From an uncultured Peptococcaceae bacterium (GTDB taxonomy: Bacteria > Bacillota > Dehalobacteriia > UBA4068 > UBA4997), in NCBI GenBank assembly GCA_965149945.1, contig CBCTTQ010000001.1, positions 126,860-190,859 of the forward strand: 64,000 nucleotides of DNA. Direction: 5' to 3'. The notes under the pieces were generated by a model. That model ran no database searches and was not told where the DNA came from. It saw nothing but the letters and a program-made list of their open reading frames with translations. Positions 1 to 9,911 of this stretch are shown in pieces. Made by a program: the position numbers and the translations under genes. Within the stretch, counting starts at the first letter, position 1. Every line of letters begins with the position of its first letter.

Positions 1-384
1 TTGGATGCCGGAGAGCACCGAACCTGTATGGGAAAGGGGGTGTTTGCGGCGGGTTTCTTTGAAACGGCGTACCAGCACATCATCTCCGGCTTCCAGATAA
101 ATGATCTCGAAATCAATGCCGGCGGCGTTCATATCCTCCAGTTGGTTGATAAGATCCAGAAAAAAACGTCCGCCCCGCACATCCGCCACCAGGGCGACTT
201 TTTCCAGTCCGCTGTTGCTTTGTTCCGCCAATTCCACAAATTTGCCGAACAAATTGGGGGGCAGATTATCCACGCAGTAAAAGCCTAAATCTTCCAAAAT
301 TTGTACTACCTGTGTTTTGCCCGCGCCGCTCATTCCTGTTATGATTTTCAAATCCACCCGTCTGTTCGCGGTTTTTTTCGTCAT
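1..384 (-). CDS. rapZ: RNase adapter protein RapZ (YvcJ-type P-loop NTPase), N-terminal ~127 aa; 3' end lies beyond window start
   Basis: Manual reverse translation from ATG at 384..382 gives MTKKTANRRVDLKIITGMSGAGKTQVVQILEDLGFYCVDNLPPNLF..., with a Walker A GMSGAGKT motif and RapZ/YvcJ-like N-terminus. The frame stays open to position 1. Confidence 0.75.
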   Translation of the reverse strand, partial: MTKKTANRRVDLKIITGMSGAGKTQVVQILEDLGFYCVDNLPPNLFGKFVELAEQSNSGLEKVALVADVRGGRFFLDLINQLEDMNAAGIDFEIIYLEAGDDVLVRRFKETRRKHPLSHTGSVLSGIQ

Positions 385-423
385 CTTTTCAGCCCCTTTC
401 CGACGCGTCCGGTCGCGCCGTTA

Positions 424-1551
424 CTACCGTTTATTATAGCACAGATTTTCCTTTTCGACCAGAGTTTTCAGACGGCTGATCGAGGGAATCCTGTCGCAAT
501 CCGCCCGACGTAAACAAGCGGCATAAAGGCTGCAATAATCTCCCAGCGCCATGAAGGCCAGCCCCTTAGCCAGGCAGTTTTTCCCCATTACCCAGACTGT
601 TTGGCAGCCGGCGCCTCGTTCCGCCGCCACCTTTTCCAGGGCGGCGATTTGTCTTTTTTGGGCGGGGGCTTCTGTCATGGAACGCAGCAGAAACAGCTGT
701 TGCTCGTGGTTTAATGTTTCGATGCCGTTATGGCAGAATTCCGCCAGGCTGTCGCTTAAGGCGGGGAGTTTGGCGTTTTCGTTCAGCATGGCGCGCCAGC
801 GTCCCGCCGCCGCTTCCGGACAGCCTTCCGTTCCCAGTACAATGGGCAGCCGGCGGCAAGCCGCCGCCGCCAGTTTTTTTGCGGGATTTTCCGTGAAAGG
901 AACAAAGGGATTGCAGCGATATACCACCTCGTTTGTCGCTTCCAGCAGTTCCAGCAATTGCCTCGTATCCGTCTGCCAAAGTCCGAAACGAGCCAACAAC
1001 AAAAATATCGGTACTGTCAAATAGGCCAGCGCTTCCCGCGGCTGCAAGCCGTCGGGCAGCAGGACCAGGGTATCTCCCAGTTGACGCGCGCGCCGCCGCA
1101 AATCACCGCCGCCGCAAATCACCGCCCGAGGGATCCCCCGTTCCGCCGCTTCTTCATAACAAGAGCGGGTTTCCGCCGTATTTCCCGAGTAAGAAACCGC
1201 CACCACCAGGCTGTCTTTTGTCAAACCCGCCGGTAAATGATACCCGCTCGCCTTTTGGATGGGTACGGCGCAGTGGGTTTCGCCATAGCGCTGGATCAGA
1301 TGGGCGCCGTTGCCGCTGCCGCCCATACCGCAAATCACCACCCGGCGGGGAATCCCTCGGGGACGTCTCTGTCCCAGAGGGCTGTCCGCTCCCAGCCGCC
1401 ATGCGTCTCGAATTTGAGCGGGAAAGGCGTTCAGTCGTTCCAGCATAACGGTTACTTTGTTTTCTTCGATCTGATCCAACCGTGGGGCGGCGTTTGCTTC
1501 TTCCGCTAAATCTTTTGGCTCCGCTCCCCATTGTTGTAAGGCTTCTCTCAT
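424..1551 (-). CDS. SIS-domain bifunctional phosphoglucose/phosphomannose isomerase family protein
   Basis: 375-aa ORF. Motifs ICGMGGSGNG and SYSGNTAET are typical of the SIS sugar-isomerase fold. An RBS GGGAGAG precedes the ATG. A perfect 16-bp tandem duplication (1092-1123) lies inside the CDS. Confidence 0.6.
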   Translation of the reverse strand: MREALQQWGAEPKDLAEEANAAPRLDQIEENKVTVMLERLNAFPAQIRDAWRLGADSPLGQRRPRGIPRRVVICGMGGSGNGAHLIQRYGETHCAVPIQKASGYHLPAGLTKDSLVVAVSYSGNTAETRSCYEEAAERGIPRAVICGGGDLRRRARQLGDTLVLLPDGLQPREALAYLTVPIFLLLARFGLWQTDTRQLLELLEATNEVVYRCNPFVPFTENPAKKLAAAACRRLPIVLGTEGCPEAAAGRWRAMLNENAKLPALSDSLAEFCHNGIETLNHEQQLFLLRSMTEAPAQKRQIAALEKVAAERGAGCQTVWVMGKNCLAKGLAFMALGDYCSLYAACLRRADCDRIPSISRLKTLVEKENLCYNKR

Positions 1552-2010
1552 TCTGACTCTCCCTTCTTTCGTGTGTTCGCCCTGGATTCTTTTAGATTGC
1601 GTTTTATACTTTATGCGATGAGCGAAAAAAAATGTCTGTCTTTTTATGAGGAATGCTAACAGAAAGAAGCGCGGATGAGTGGATTGTTCCGAACAGATAA
1701 AGATAAGGCTTCTTTATGACGTCGTAAAGAGATTCTGGTTGCAAGGAGGCGGTTTTTGGTTTAGAATAGAATCAGGCGGAGTTTTGGATTTGCTGTATCT
1801 CCGCACGAATATCCCTCGGCATTGGGTTTTGGTTTTTGTGATGTTTGGTGTTTGGGAAGGGACGGTCTGTCGTGTATTTCCACTTTCGATTTTCGGTATT
1901 GAATGCTGGCTGAGCGAGATATTGCGCGATGGAAACAGGCGTCTCTTCCGCTGTTAAATCGTTAAAAAGGCGGGCGTTTTTTGAATACCCGAGAAACGGA
2001 GGATTGTATT

Positions 2011-2820
2011 ATGGAGCAACGGAGTATTTCTTTTATCGGTACCGGCAACATGGCGGGCGCTATCATCAAAGGATTGGCCCAAAGCCAAAAAGAGTCGGCG
2101 CGCATGTTTTTGTATGATGTAAACAGCGCCAAAGCGCGCGCGCTGGCGGAACAGACGGGCGGAACAGCGGAGCCTGATTTGGCTTCTGCCGTTCGGGACG
2201 GGCAGATCATCCTGTTGGCGGTGAAACCCCAAAACATGGCGGATTTGCTGGCGGATATTGCTCCGCTGATCATGGCGGCGGAGGAGCCTAAAACAGTGCT
2301 CAGCATCGCGGCGGGGGTTCCTCTTGCTGTTTACGAAGCGGCTTTGCCCGGAGTGGGAGTTTGCCGCGCCATGCCCAACACTTCGGCGGCGGTGCTGGCT
2401 GCCGTTACGGGTTTGATGGCGGGCCGACATTTGACCGCGTCTGATCAACAAGCCGTTGAGCAAATTTTCAATGCCATCGGCAAAAGCCTTTGGATTGATG
2501 AAAAAGACATTCACGCTCTGATTGCTGTCAGCGGCAGCGGTCCTGCTTATTTTTATTATTTTACGGAAGCCATGGCGGCGGCGGGCGAAGCCCTGGGACT
2601 GCCCAAAGAAGTAGCGGAACAACTGGCTCGGCAAACTGCCGTCGGCGCCGGCAAAATGTTGGCGGAAAAACCGGAAAGCGCGACGGAACTGCGCGTACAG
2701 GTGACTTCTCCCGGCGGTACCACCGCTCAAGCCATCGAGGTGTTTCAGAAAAAACTGCCCAATGTGGTTTTGGAAGCTATGCGGGCTTGCGCGGAAAAAT
2801 CCGCGGATATGGCCAAATAA
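2011..2820 (+). CDS. proC: pyrroline-5-carboxylate reductase
   Basis: MEQRSISFIGTGNMAGAIIKGL... has an NADP Rossmann motif with ProC-like length and architecture. An RBS GGAGG lies 9 nt upstream of ATG 2011. The ORF-track start at 1981 lacks an RBS. Confidence 0.85.
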   Translation: MEQRSISFIGTGNMAGAIIKGLAQSQKESARMFLYDVNSAKARALAEQTGGTAEPDLASAVRDGQIILLAVKPQNMADLLADIAPLIMAAEEPKTVLSIAAGVPLAVYEAALPGVGVCRAMPNTSAAVLAAVTGLMAGRHLTASDQQAVEQIFNAIGKSLWIDEKDIHALIAVSGSGPAYFYYFTEAMAAAGEALGLPKEVAEQLARQTAVGAGKMLAEKPESATELRVQVTSPGGTTAQAIEVFQKKLPNVVLEAMRACAEKSADMAK

Positions 2821-2843
2821 TTCATTCAACGGAGGAGGATACG

Positions 2844-4013
2844 ATGATGGACAAATTTATTTACCTGGACAGCGGCGCCACCAGTTGGCCCAAACCCCAG
2901 GCGGTTATTGATGAAATGACCCGCGCTCTCACCGAATACGGCGCCAATCCCGGGCGGGGCGCCTATGCCATGGCGCTGCAGGCGGCCACGGTGGTTTTTC
3001 AGGCGCGTCAATTGTTGACGGAGTTTTTTCACGGACAAAACCCTCAACGCCTGATTTTTACCGCCAATACCACTGACGGCATCAACATGGCGCTGTACGG
3101 ATTGTTGAAACCGGGCGATCATGTACTCTATTCTCCGCTGGAGCATAATGCTGTTTGGCGGCCGATCATGACGATGGCGCGGGAAATGGGAGTGGAAGCG
3201 GAAATGGTGGAACCGGGTTCTTACGGCGAAATTTCCGCCGCCGCTGTAGAAAAGCAACTGAAACCCAACACCAAAATGGTAGTCTGCGCCCATGCCAGCA
3301 ATATCACCGGTACTGTCCAGCCGGTCGCGGAAATCGGCGCTCTTTGCCGCCGTCATCATCTGCTTTTTTTGGTGGACGCTGCCCAAAGCGCCGGTATTCT
3401 GCCCATTGATATCGAAGCTATGAATATCGATTTGTTGGCGGCGCCGGGACATAAAAGTCTCTACGGTCCTATGGGGACGGGGATTCTTTATGTGGGTGAC
3501 CGCGCCGAAGCCATCCGTCCTGTTAAACAAGGAGGAACCGGTTCTCGCAGCCAAGAAAGCGTGCAGCCGTCGGATTTCCCCGATCGTTTGGAATGCGGCA
3601 CCATCAATCTGCCCGGGGTTGCCGGTCTGAAAGCCGCCATCGAAGTTTTTCAACAACAGGGCGCCGAAACCATCATGCGGGATTTGGCGGACAAAACCCA
3701 GTATTTGCTGGCCGGCTTGAGCAAAATCCCCGGTGTGCGGGTTTATGGACCGCCGCCGGGCGTACCCAGAACTTCTCTGGTATCCATTAATATTGACGGT
3801 ATTTCCTCTAATCAGCTGGCCTTTATCTTGGATCGGGAATATCACATCGCCGTGCGCGCCGGATTCCACTGCGCTCCTTTGGGACACCGTATTATGGGAA
3901 CCACCGAGACGGGCGCTGTTCGTTTCGGATTGGGGCGTGGCAATACTTATGAAGAATTGGATTTTGTTCTTGCTTCTGTAGCGGAAATCGCTCAAAGCGC
4001 CGACGAGTCGTAA
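2844..4013 (+). CDS. aminotransferase class V / cysteine desulfurase family protein
   Basis: MMDKFIYLDSGATSWPKP... has a PLP fold-type I layout with HASNITG and a PGHKSLYGPMGTG lysine loop. An RBS GGAGGAGG lies 5 nt upstream. Confidence 0.8.
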   Translation: MMDKFIYLDSGATSWPKPQAVIDEMTRALTEYGANPGRGAYAMALQAATVVFQARQLLTEFFHGQNPQRLIFTANTTDGINMALYGLLKPGDHVLYSPLEHNAVWRPIMTMAREMGVEAEMVEPGSYGEISAAAVEKQLKPNTKMVVCAHASNITGTVQPVAEIGALCRRHHLLFLVDAAQSAGILPIDIEAMNIDLLAAPGHKSLYGPMGTGILYVGDRAEAIRPVKQGGTGSRSQESVQPSDFPDRLECGTINLPGVAGLKAAIEVFQQQGAETIMRDLADKTQYLLAGLSKIPGVRVYGPPPGVPRTSLVSINIDGISSNQLAFILDREYHIAVRAGFHCAPLGHRIMGTTETGAVRFGLGRGNTYEELDFVLASVAEIAQSADES

Positions 4014-4024
4014 AAGGAGTTTTT

Positions 4025-4663
4025 ATGCGTTATCAAGGAGTTATTTTCGATCTGGACGGCACTCTTTCCAACAGCGTTCCTTGTATTTTGAAGTGTGCCG
4101 CCTTGACCCACCGCAAGTTGGGATTACCCTGGGATGAACAGGAACAACGCGCTGTCATCGGTCAGCCTTTGTATCAGATTGCCCGTCGTTGGCTGCCGGA
4201 AGAACGAGTGGCGGAATATCTTGCCGTCTCTCGCGGGTTTAATCAACAATATCTGGGAGAAATGGTGGAGCCGTTTCCCGGGATCATTCCTATGCTTCAA
4301 CAATTGCATCAACAGGGGGTTAAACTATGTGTGGTTACCTCTCGCTTGAAATGGGGCGCCGATCTTTCCTGTGAAAAAATCGGCGCGGCACCTTATTTGA
4401 CACGGATCATCGGTGTTGAGGATACCGAAACTCATAAACCGGAACCGGAACCGGCATTGCTGGCTCTTTCTGTCATGAAACTGTCTCCGGAGCAGGTGGT
4501 CTTTGTGGGAGACAGCCCCGTGGACATTCTCTGCGGGCAGCGGACGGGCACCGATACCATCGGCGTAGGCTGGGGTGTTACGCCCGCCGAAAAACTGCGG
4601 GCGGAACATCCGACCTATTATTGCCCTGATGTGGCGGCGCTGTCAAAAATTCTTTTGGGTTGA
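4025..4663 (+). CDS. HAD-superfamily hydrolase (phosphoglycolate/pyrophosphatase PpaX-like)
   Basis: The N-terminal FDLDGTL motif I and a C-terminal GDSPVD motif fit a ~210-aa HAD hydrolase. Confidence 0.8.
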   Translation: MRYQGVIFDLDGTLSNSVPCILKCAALTHRKLGLPWDEQEQRAVIGQPLYQIARRWLPEERVAEYLAVSRGFNQQYLGEMVEPFPGIIPMLQQLHQQGVKLCVVTSRLKWGADLSCEKIGAAPYLTRIIGVEDTETHKPEPEPALLALSVMKLSPEQVVFVGDSPVDILCGQRTGTDTIGVGWGVTPAEKLRAEHPTYYCPDVAALSKILLG

Positions 4664-4782
4664 AGCGCTTCGCTGTATGCTTGAAAGAAAATTGTTTTTT
4701 TTGTGCGGAAAAATTTTCCCAATCGCCGAAAGAATGCCGCCTTTCCAAAAAACGGCGGATGTTCCCTTGGGTAAATATTGTG

Positions 4783-4840
4783 CAAGTACAAAAAGCAGTC
4801 GTATTTTTTTAATACGACTGCTTTTTGTACTTGTGTTTTT
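4783..4840. terminator. Rho-independent terminator, perfect 23-bp stem with T tract (bidirectional)
   Basis: caagtacaaaaagcagtcgtatt-tttt-aatacgactgctttttgtacttg is followed by TGTTTTT. It sits between the HAD gene and the convergent MerR-fusion gene. Confidence 0.8.
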
Positions 4841-5194
4841 GCCTGAAAGTTTTTATGACTGTTTTGTTTCCGATTTCAAGCGCTGCAGCGTCTGAAACTT
4901 GTTTCAACAGGTCGATGCGTCGATATTCATCGGAAACCTTTGTTCCGCTCGGCTTCGCTTTTTTTGAAGGCGGCGACAGGGCGTTTCGCCCGGAAAATCG
5001 AAAAGGCGGCGTTTCGGGCGCGAAAAGTTTTGTTTCGAGGCGGGTTGTTTTTTTAATAGATTGAGATAACTTGCGCGATACGACGAAGAAGTTTTTTCAA
5101 AGACATTTTCGGTATCGAATTCTTCGCGGAAAGATCAGAAAGAACATGCGCGGAAAACAGGGAAATTTTTCTTGTAATCGAGGTATGGGATTTG

Positions 5195-6463
5195 TTAACG
5201 GATTTTTTCGGCGGAAATGGGCGCTTCTTTTTTCAGCCAGTGATAGGAGTGAAGGTGCATTTCCTCGCCTTGCTGGTGAAAGGTGAAGGCGTCGCTGGTG
5301 CCGGAGTCGCTGATAAATCCCATTGGTTTTTCTTCTACTGTTTCATAGTGATTTTCGCGGATGAAATGATCTCGAAAAGCGGGGTAGTTGAAGTTTTGTT
5401 CCCATGTTTCCGGATAGTCTAACATCGCTTGTTTCATGGATTGACTGCCCGCCTTGAAATAAAAATAAGTCCCTAGGATATCGGTACCGGGATGGAAGTA
5501 GGGATCCAGGGTGTCCGTCAAATAGTGGTGATTGAAGAAATTGTACTCGTTACTGGAAAAATAGTCGATGAAAATATCCACACAGTGTCTTTTGAGGGGC
5601 AGGGCAAAGGTGGCGTCGCAGATATAGAGAATATCCAGGTTTAGATTGAGCCGGTCAATGCGTTCTTTGTACATTTTCACAATCTCGAAATATTTGTCCG
5701 CTAAAATGTATTGGCTGGCGGGATCCATCTGGGAGATGTGTCGATAAGTGAAAGCATAGGCGTTCATATGGTCCTCAAACAGCACCTTGCCGGAAGTCTG
5801 CATCCGTTCCAGCTGTCCCAGCATCCAATTGTAAGATTTTTGCAGAGTAGAAACAAAGGTGGCGGGGATGTTTTTCATGAAACTGCGTCCCAGGTCGGGA
5901 TAATCGTAGACGCTGATGCGACCGCCTTTGGTGCAGAGGATTCCTTCCCGAATTTTGGCGGTGTAGCCGCATTCGCAGAGAAATTCCCCTGAGAGAACAT
6001 ATTGATTTTCGATGTAGGCATCTTTCAAATTCAGCCGCTTTTGGCAGTGGGGACAATAGATTTTGTCCAACATCGCCAGAGGCACCCCTGTTTTCAAAGG
6101 ATGGCTTTCGATGGTATTTTTGATGGCATCGATTTCATTTTGCACACCGGCGATGGCTTCATCCAGCGCGCCGCGTTCTTGCAGCAGCCGCTCTTTTTGT
6201 TCCAAAAAGAAGCGCAGGTAATCTTCAATATCACCGCGGTCGTTTAAATTGCTGACCCGAATCAGAGAAAGGATATTATGGATGTCGCTTAGGGAAAAGC
6301 GCAGCTCTTTTAATTTCAGGATCAGCTCCAGGTCTTTCAGATCTTCCTCGCTGAACAGATATTGTTTGTTTTTGTTTTTCGGCACCAACAGTCCGCAGTG
6401 AACGTAGTAGCGGACAGAGTTGACGGGGATATGAACTTTTTGGGCGATTTCGCCGATTCTCAT
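5195..6463 (-). CDS. MerR-family transcriptional regulator fused to a Cys4 zinc ribbon and a ~250-aa C-terminal domain of unknown function
   Basis: The N-terminus MRIGEIAQKVHIPVNSVRYYVHCGLL is a MerR-type HTH. It is followed by a heptad-rich linker, a CPHCQKR...CECG zinc ribbon and a long aromatic-rich domain. An RBS GGAGGTG lies upstream of ATG 6463. The ORF-track N-terminal extension to 6535 has no RBS. Confidence 0.7.
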   Translation of the reverse strand: MRIGEIAQKVHIPVNSVRYYVHCGLLVPKNKNKQYLFSEEDLKDLELILKLKELRFSLSDIHNILSLIRVSNLNDRGDIEDYLRFFLEQKERLLQERGALDEAIAGVQNEIDAIKNTIESHPLKTGVPLAMLDKIYCPHCQKRLNLKDAYIENQYVLSGEFLCECGYTAKIREGILCTKGGRISVYDYPDLGRSFMKNIPATFVSTLQKSYNWMLGQLERMQTSGKVLFEDHMNAYAFTYRHISQMDPASQYILADKYFEIVKMYKERIDRLNLNLDILYICDATFALPLKRHCVDIFIDYFSSNEYNFFNHHYLTDTLDPYFHPGTDILGTYFYFKAGSQSMKQAMLDYPETWEQNFNYPAFRDHFIRENHYETVEEKPMGFISDSGTSDAFTFHQQGEEMHLHSYHWLKKEAPISAEKIR

Positions 6464-6852
6464 GGGCGCACCTCCGGTCTGCCTCGAACAGGGAAGCGGA
6501 AATTTATCATAGAAGATAACCATATCATAACACATTTTCGGAAAAAGAGTAAGGTTTTTCGAAAAATCTAGACTTCAGTTGATGTTTTTCGGGAGGGTTT
6601 CTCAATGATATGGAAAAAATAACAGCTTTACCTCCCCTTTTTGTTTCTGTTAGTAAAGAGATGGGCAAATTTTTCCAAACGTTACCTTGGAAAAGATTAT
6701 TCAAAAAACCTTGTGTAAGGATGAGATTTTACAAAAAAAATGAAAATTTCAGACAATTCGCAATAGGGGGAAGATTCTTCCGCTTTTTTTCTTTTTCGAA
6801 AGAGATTGTTTCTCTTTTGCGAATTTTCGGAAAAATGCGGCAAAAAAAGCCG

Positions 6853-6883
6853 TTGACATCGCCTCGAGACGAGGGGGTATGAT
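6853..6883 (+). promoter_or_regulatory. sigma-A type promoter (TTGACA-19-TATGAT) for the amidohydrolase gene, with a ~140-nt structured leader
   Basis: TTGACA lies at 6853 and TATGAT at 6878. A GC-rich leader (6890-7028) has hairpin potential and an RBS AAAGGAGG before ATG 7029. Confidence 0.45.
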
Positions 6884-7028
6884 AAACATATTGTAAAAGG
6901 GGTCAGGTTTGTTCGGCGCTCCTTTCGCCGAAACGGCTGCCCCTTTGCCGTTTTTAAGGGCGTGCGCCCCGAGGAAGGGAAAATGAACGCGAAAAAGGAA
7001 GGTTTTTTTCAGAAAAGGAGGCTGTGAG

Positions 7029-8672
7029 ATGAACAGCATTTATGCGGACAAAGTATTGTTGAGCAAGAACATTTTTACCGCGGACAGCAAAGAGCCGATT
7101 TCCGGCGGTGTGGCGGTTTCCGGTTACTACATCATTGCCGTCGGCAGCAGAGAAGAAATGGAACAATATATTGGAGAAAACACGGAAGTTTACGATTTTG
7201 GGGATCAGCTGCTGCTGCCCGGTTTTTGTGACGCCCATGTACATTTGATGATGGGTTGCATGGCGACTGCTTATCCGGATTTGGGACAGAGCAAAGACGC
7301 CGAAGACTGCGGCAGGATTCTGCGGGAACATTATGACAGCGATCCCGATTTCTATACCGAAGGCGAATGGGTATTGGGCTTCAATTGGTACCACACCCGC
7401 TGGGCGGATAAACGATTGCCCACTAAAGAAGTGCTGGATCGTTACTTCCCCGATCGCCCGGTCTTTTTGATGAATGCCGATTGCCACGGCGCTTGGGTGA
7501 ACTCCAAAGCGCTGGAAATTTGCGGTGTCAATAAAGATACGCCGGAAGTCCCCTATGGCTACATTCATCGGGACGCCCACGGTGAACCCACCGGTTATCT
7601 GGAAGAAATGGCCACCAAACTTTGCATTGAAAAAGCCTATGATCTGCCTGACGCCAAAGAAAGAATGCTGCTGAGAAAAGTCAATGCTTTCTTCAGTCAT
7701 TACGGCATCACTTCCGTGGGGGATATGCAGTACATTTTGGGTGCCAATGTGGGAAAAGTTTCTGTTTATCGGGAAATGGCGGATCAGGACGCGTTGGATT
7801 TCCGTATCAATTTCGCCAACGGTCTCTTTGATGATTTGAAAACCATTCTGGCGCTGCGCAGCCAGTTCAGCAACAAAGAAGATTTGGTGTATTATAACGG
7901 TTTGAAGGAATTTGTGGACGGCATCATCTCCACTCATACGTCTATTATGCTGGAACCGTACACCGATCTGCCCGATGCTCCTACCTATTATGAATTGATG
8001 GATCTGGCGGAAGCGGAACGCCGTATTGTGTTCTACCAGGGTTTGGGCATCAATGTTCAGCTGCACGCCACCGGTGACGGCGCTGTGCGCGAAGCCTTGA
8101 ATATGTATGAAAAAGCGGTGAGAACCAACGGTAAAACCCGCGCTCGTCTTTCTGTGGAACATTTGGACCTGACGAATCCCGCCGACTATTCCAGACTGGG
8201 AGAATTGGGCATCATCGCTTCGGTACAGCCGCCCCATATTACCTTGTCCGATTCTTTGGAAACCAATGATTATCCTCCGGTGATCGGGCCGGAACGGAGC
8301 AAACAGCTGTGGTCTTATAAATCTTTCGCGGATCATGGCGCGGTGCTGGCTTTCGGTACGGACTATCCCGTGGTTTACGACAGTCCGATGATTTCTCTGC
8401 ATCGCGCCGTTACGCGCAAATTCCCCGACGGCAAGCCGGAAGACGGCTGGAATCCCGAACAGCGTCTCTCCATTGAAGATTCTCTTATCGCCTATACGTT
8501 GGGCGGCGCCAAAAAATTCGGTAAAGAAGAGGTAGTGGGTTCCATCCGTGTGGGCAAATTGGCTGATCTGGTGGTTGTGGATAAAAACCTGCTGCAAATT
8601 GATCCTGATGAAATCCTCGATGCCAAAGTGGTGTTTACCATGGTGGATGGTCGTGTTGTTTACCGGGGCTGA
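7029..8672 (+). CDS. amidohydrolase family (Amidohydro_3 / YtcJ-like metal-dependent hydrolase)
   Basis: A GFCDAHVHLMMG metal-binding HxH motif sits near the N-terminus. Later His and Asp residues are positioned as in the amidohydrolase-3 fold, and the protein is 547 aa. Confidence 0.8.
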   Translation: MNSIYADKVLLSKNIFTADSKEPISGGVAVSGYYIIAVGSREEMEQYIGENTEVYDFGDQLLLPGFCDAHVHLMMGCMATAYPDLGQSKDAEDCGRILREHYDSDPDFYTEGEWVLGFNWYHTRWADKRLPTKEVLDRYFPDRPVFLMNADCHGAWVNSKALEICGVNKDTPEVPYGYIHRDAHGEPTGYLEEMATKLCIEKAYDLPDAKERMLLRKVNAFFSHYGITSVGDMQYILGANVGKVSVYREMADQDALDFRINFANGLFDDLKTILALRSQFSNKEDLVYYNGLKEFVDGIISTHTSIMLEPYTDLPDAPTYYELMDLAEAERRIVFYQGLGINVQLHATGDGAVREALNMYEKAVRTNGKTRARLSVEHLDLTNPADYSRLGELGIIASVQPPHITLSDSLETNDYPPVIGPERSKQLWSYKSFADHGAVLAFGTDYPVVYDSPMISLHRAVTRKFPDGKPEDGWNPEQRLSIEDSLIAYTLGGAKKFGKEEVVGSIRVGKLADLVVVDKNLLQIDPDEILDAKVVFTMVDGRVVYRG

Positions 8673-8771
8673 TTGTTTTTACGCGAAACGGCAGATTGAG
8701 TCTGAAATAAGAACGCCGTGAACCAAAAGCGGAAATCCCCAAGGCAGTACTCATAAAACAGCATCAGGTTG

Positions 8772-8806
8772 TTTTCAGAAAACGGCGTAGCTTCGGCTAT
8801 GCCGTT
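8772..8806 (+). terminator. Rho-independent terminator of the amidohydrolase gene
   Basis: aacggcgtagc-ttcg-gctatgccgtt is followed by TTTTCCGTTT. Confidence 0.75.
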
Positions 8807-8955
8807 TTTCCGTTTATCGCGCGCGGACGTTTGCGCTAAACAACACCGCGTTTTCGTTTTGATTAAAGGTTGGTGAGGAATGGTATTTGCGGTAAATTGC
8901 TTTGTATGAAAAAATCCCGATTGTTGTTTTGAGGAATTTGCTATCCGTAAGATGG

Positions 8956-8984
8956 TTGACATGAAAATCATTTTATGCTAGAAT
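8956..8984 (+). promoter_or_regulatory. sigma-A promoter (TTGACA-17-TAGAAT)
   Basis: Consensus -35 at 8956-8961 and -10 at 8979-8984 with a 17-bp spacer. Confidence 0.65.
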
Positions 8985-8991
8985 GAGTTTG

Positions 8992-9127
8992 CTTGTCAGA
9001 GGACTTGCAATCAAATAAGATTGTTGAAGTGGGATAAGCCTATTTGGGCTTTATCCCGCTTTCTTTTTGCACGGCGGAGTAAGGTCAAAAAGGCTTTACT
9101 CCGCTTCCCTTTTACGGAGGTACTTTT
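8992..9127 (+). promoter_or_regulatory. structured 5' leader upstream of the MATE gene with two related, mutually exclusive hairpins (candidate attenuator or riboswitch-like element)
   Basis: H1 is gggataagcc-tatttg-ggctttatccc, followed by a T-rich tract (terminator-like). H2 is cggagtaagg-tcaaaaa-ggctttactccg. The arms of H1 and H2 are near-identical, so alternative pairing is possible. A TTG-initiated 35-codon frame runs through both hairpins and ends in TGA overlapping the MATE ATG (ATGA). Confidence 0.4.
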
Positions 9128-9733
9128 ATGAACAAAACGATGAACGCAAAAACAAAATCTTTGTTTGGTTACATTTTCCCTGCAATAGGCGGTTTATTTG
9201 TAACCTATCTTTATAATGTCGTAGACGGCATTTTCGTTGGACAAGGCGTTGGGGCGGCGGCGTTGGGCGCTGTTAATATTGGTGTTCCGTTTATTACGTT
9301 TGTTGTCGCGGTTGCGGCAATGTTTCCTATGGGCGGCGCGACGCTTGTCGCTATCAGGATGGGGCGGGGAGACGGGATCGGCGCGAATCGCGCCTTTATG
9401 ACGGCTTTTTCTCTTACGCTTCTGGCTTCGTTGATACTGATGGTTGTGGGGATGGTGTTTTCGCGGCAGATTGTAGATATCAGCGGAGCGAGAGAGTTGA
9501 GTGCGGAAATGCGAAAAATGTCCGCGGATTATTTGTTTTATTATTCGGCTTTTTCTATTCCGATGCTGATAAGCACCTGCCTTTCTGTGTTTGTCAGAAA
9601 TGATGGTTCCCCGACGCTTTCTTTTGTCGGAATGTGTGTGGGCGCCGTTGCAAATATCTTTTTAGATTGGCTGTTTATTTTTCCATTCGGTATGGGTGTG
9701 ATTGGCGCGGCGATCGCTTCGGGCTTGGGGTAA
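9128..9733 (+). pseudogene. MATE-family efflux transporter, C-terminally truncated (first ~6 TM helices only, 201 aa)
   Basis: The N-terminus has a typical MATE pattern (PAIGGLFVTYLYNVVDGIFVGQGVGAAALGAVNIGVP). Full-length MATE proteins are ~450 aa. The ORF stops at 9731 and is followed by non-MATE sequence and a new promoter. Confidence 0.6.
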
Positions 9734-9807
9734 GATTTTCTCCTGTGAGGCGCTTTCGGGCGGAAGCGGGAAATTTATCTGAAAACTCTGGGGAATCGGT
9801 GGTTTCG

Positions 9808-9836
9808 TTGACAAACCGCGTCCTGCCTTTTATAAT
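9808..9836 (+). promoter_or_regulatory. sigma-A promoter (TTGACA-17-TATAAT) for azlCD
   Basis: Exact consensus hexamers at 9808 and 9831. Confidence 0.65.
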
Positions 9837-9911
9837 AAAATAGCTGAAGTCAAGGCGATTTTATCTGTGATCGCGGCAGCGAAAAGGAAATTGGGGATTG
9901 AGGGAATGAAG

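Noticed and set aside
1-288. 95-aa plus-strand ORF at the window start
   Set aside because: It is the antisense of the rapZ 5' region. rapZ on the minus strand has the Walker A motif and RBS.
6954-8597. 547-aa minus-strand ORF antisense to the amidohydrolase gene
   Set aside because: Antisense artefact. The amidohydrolase has the HxH metal motif and a proper start.
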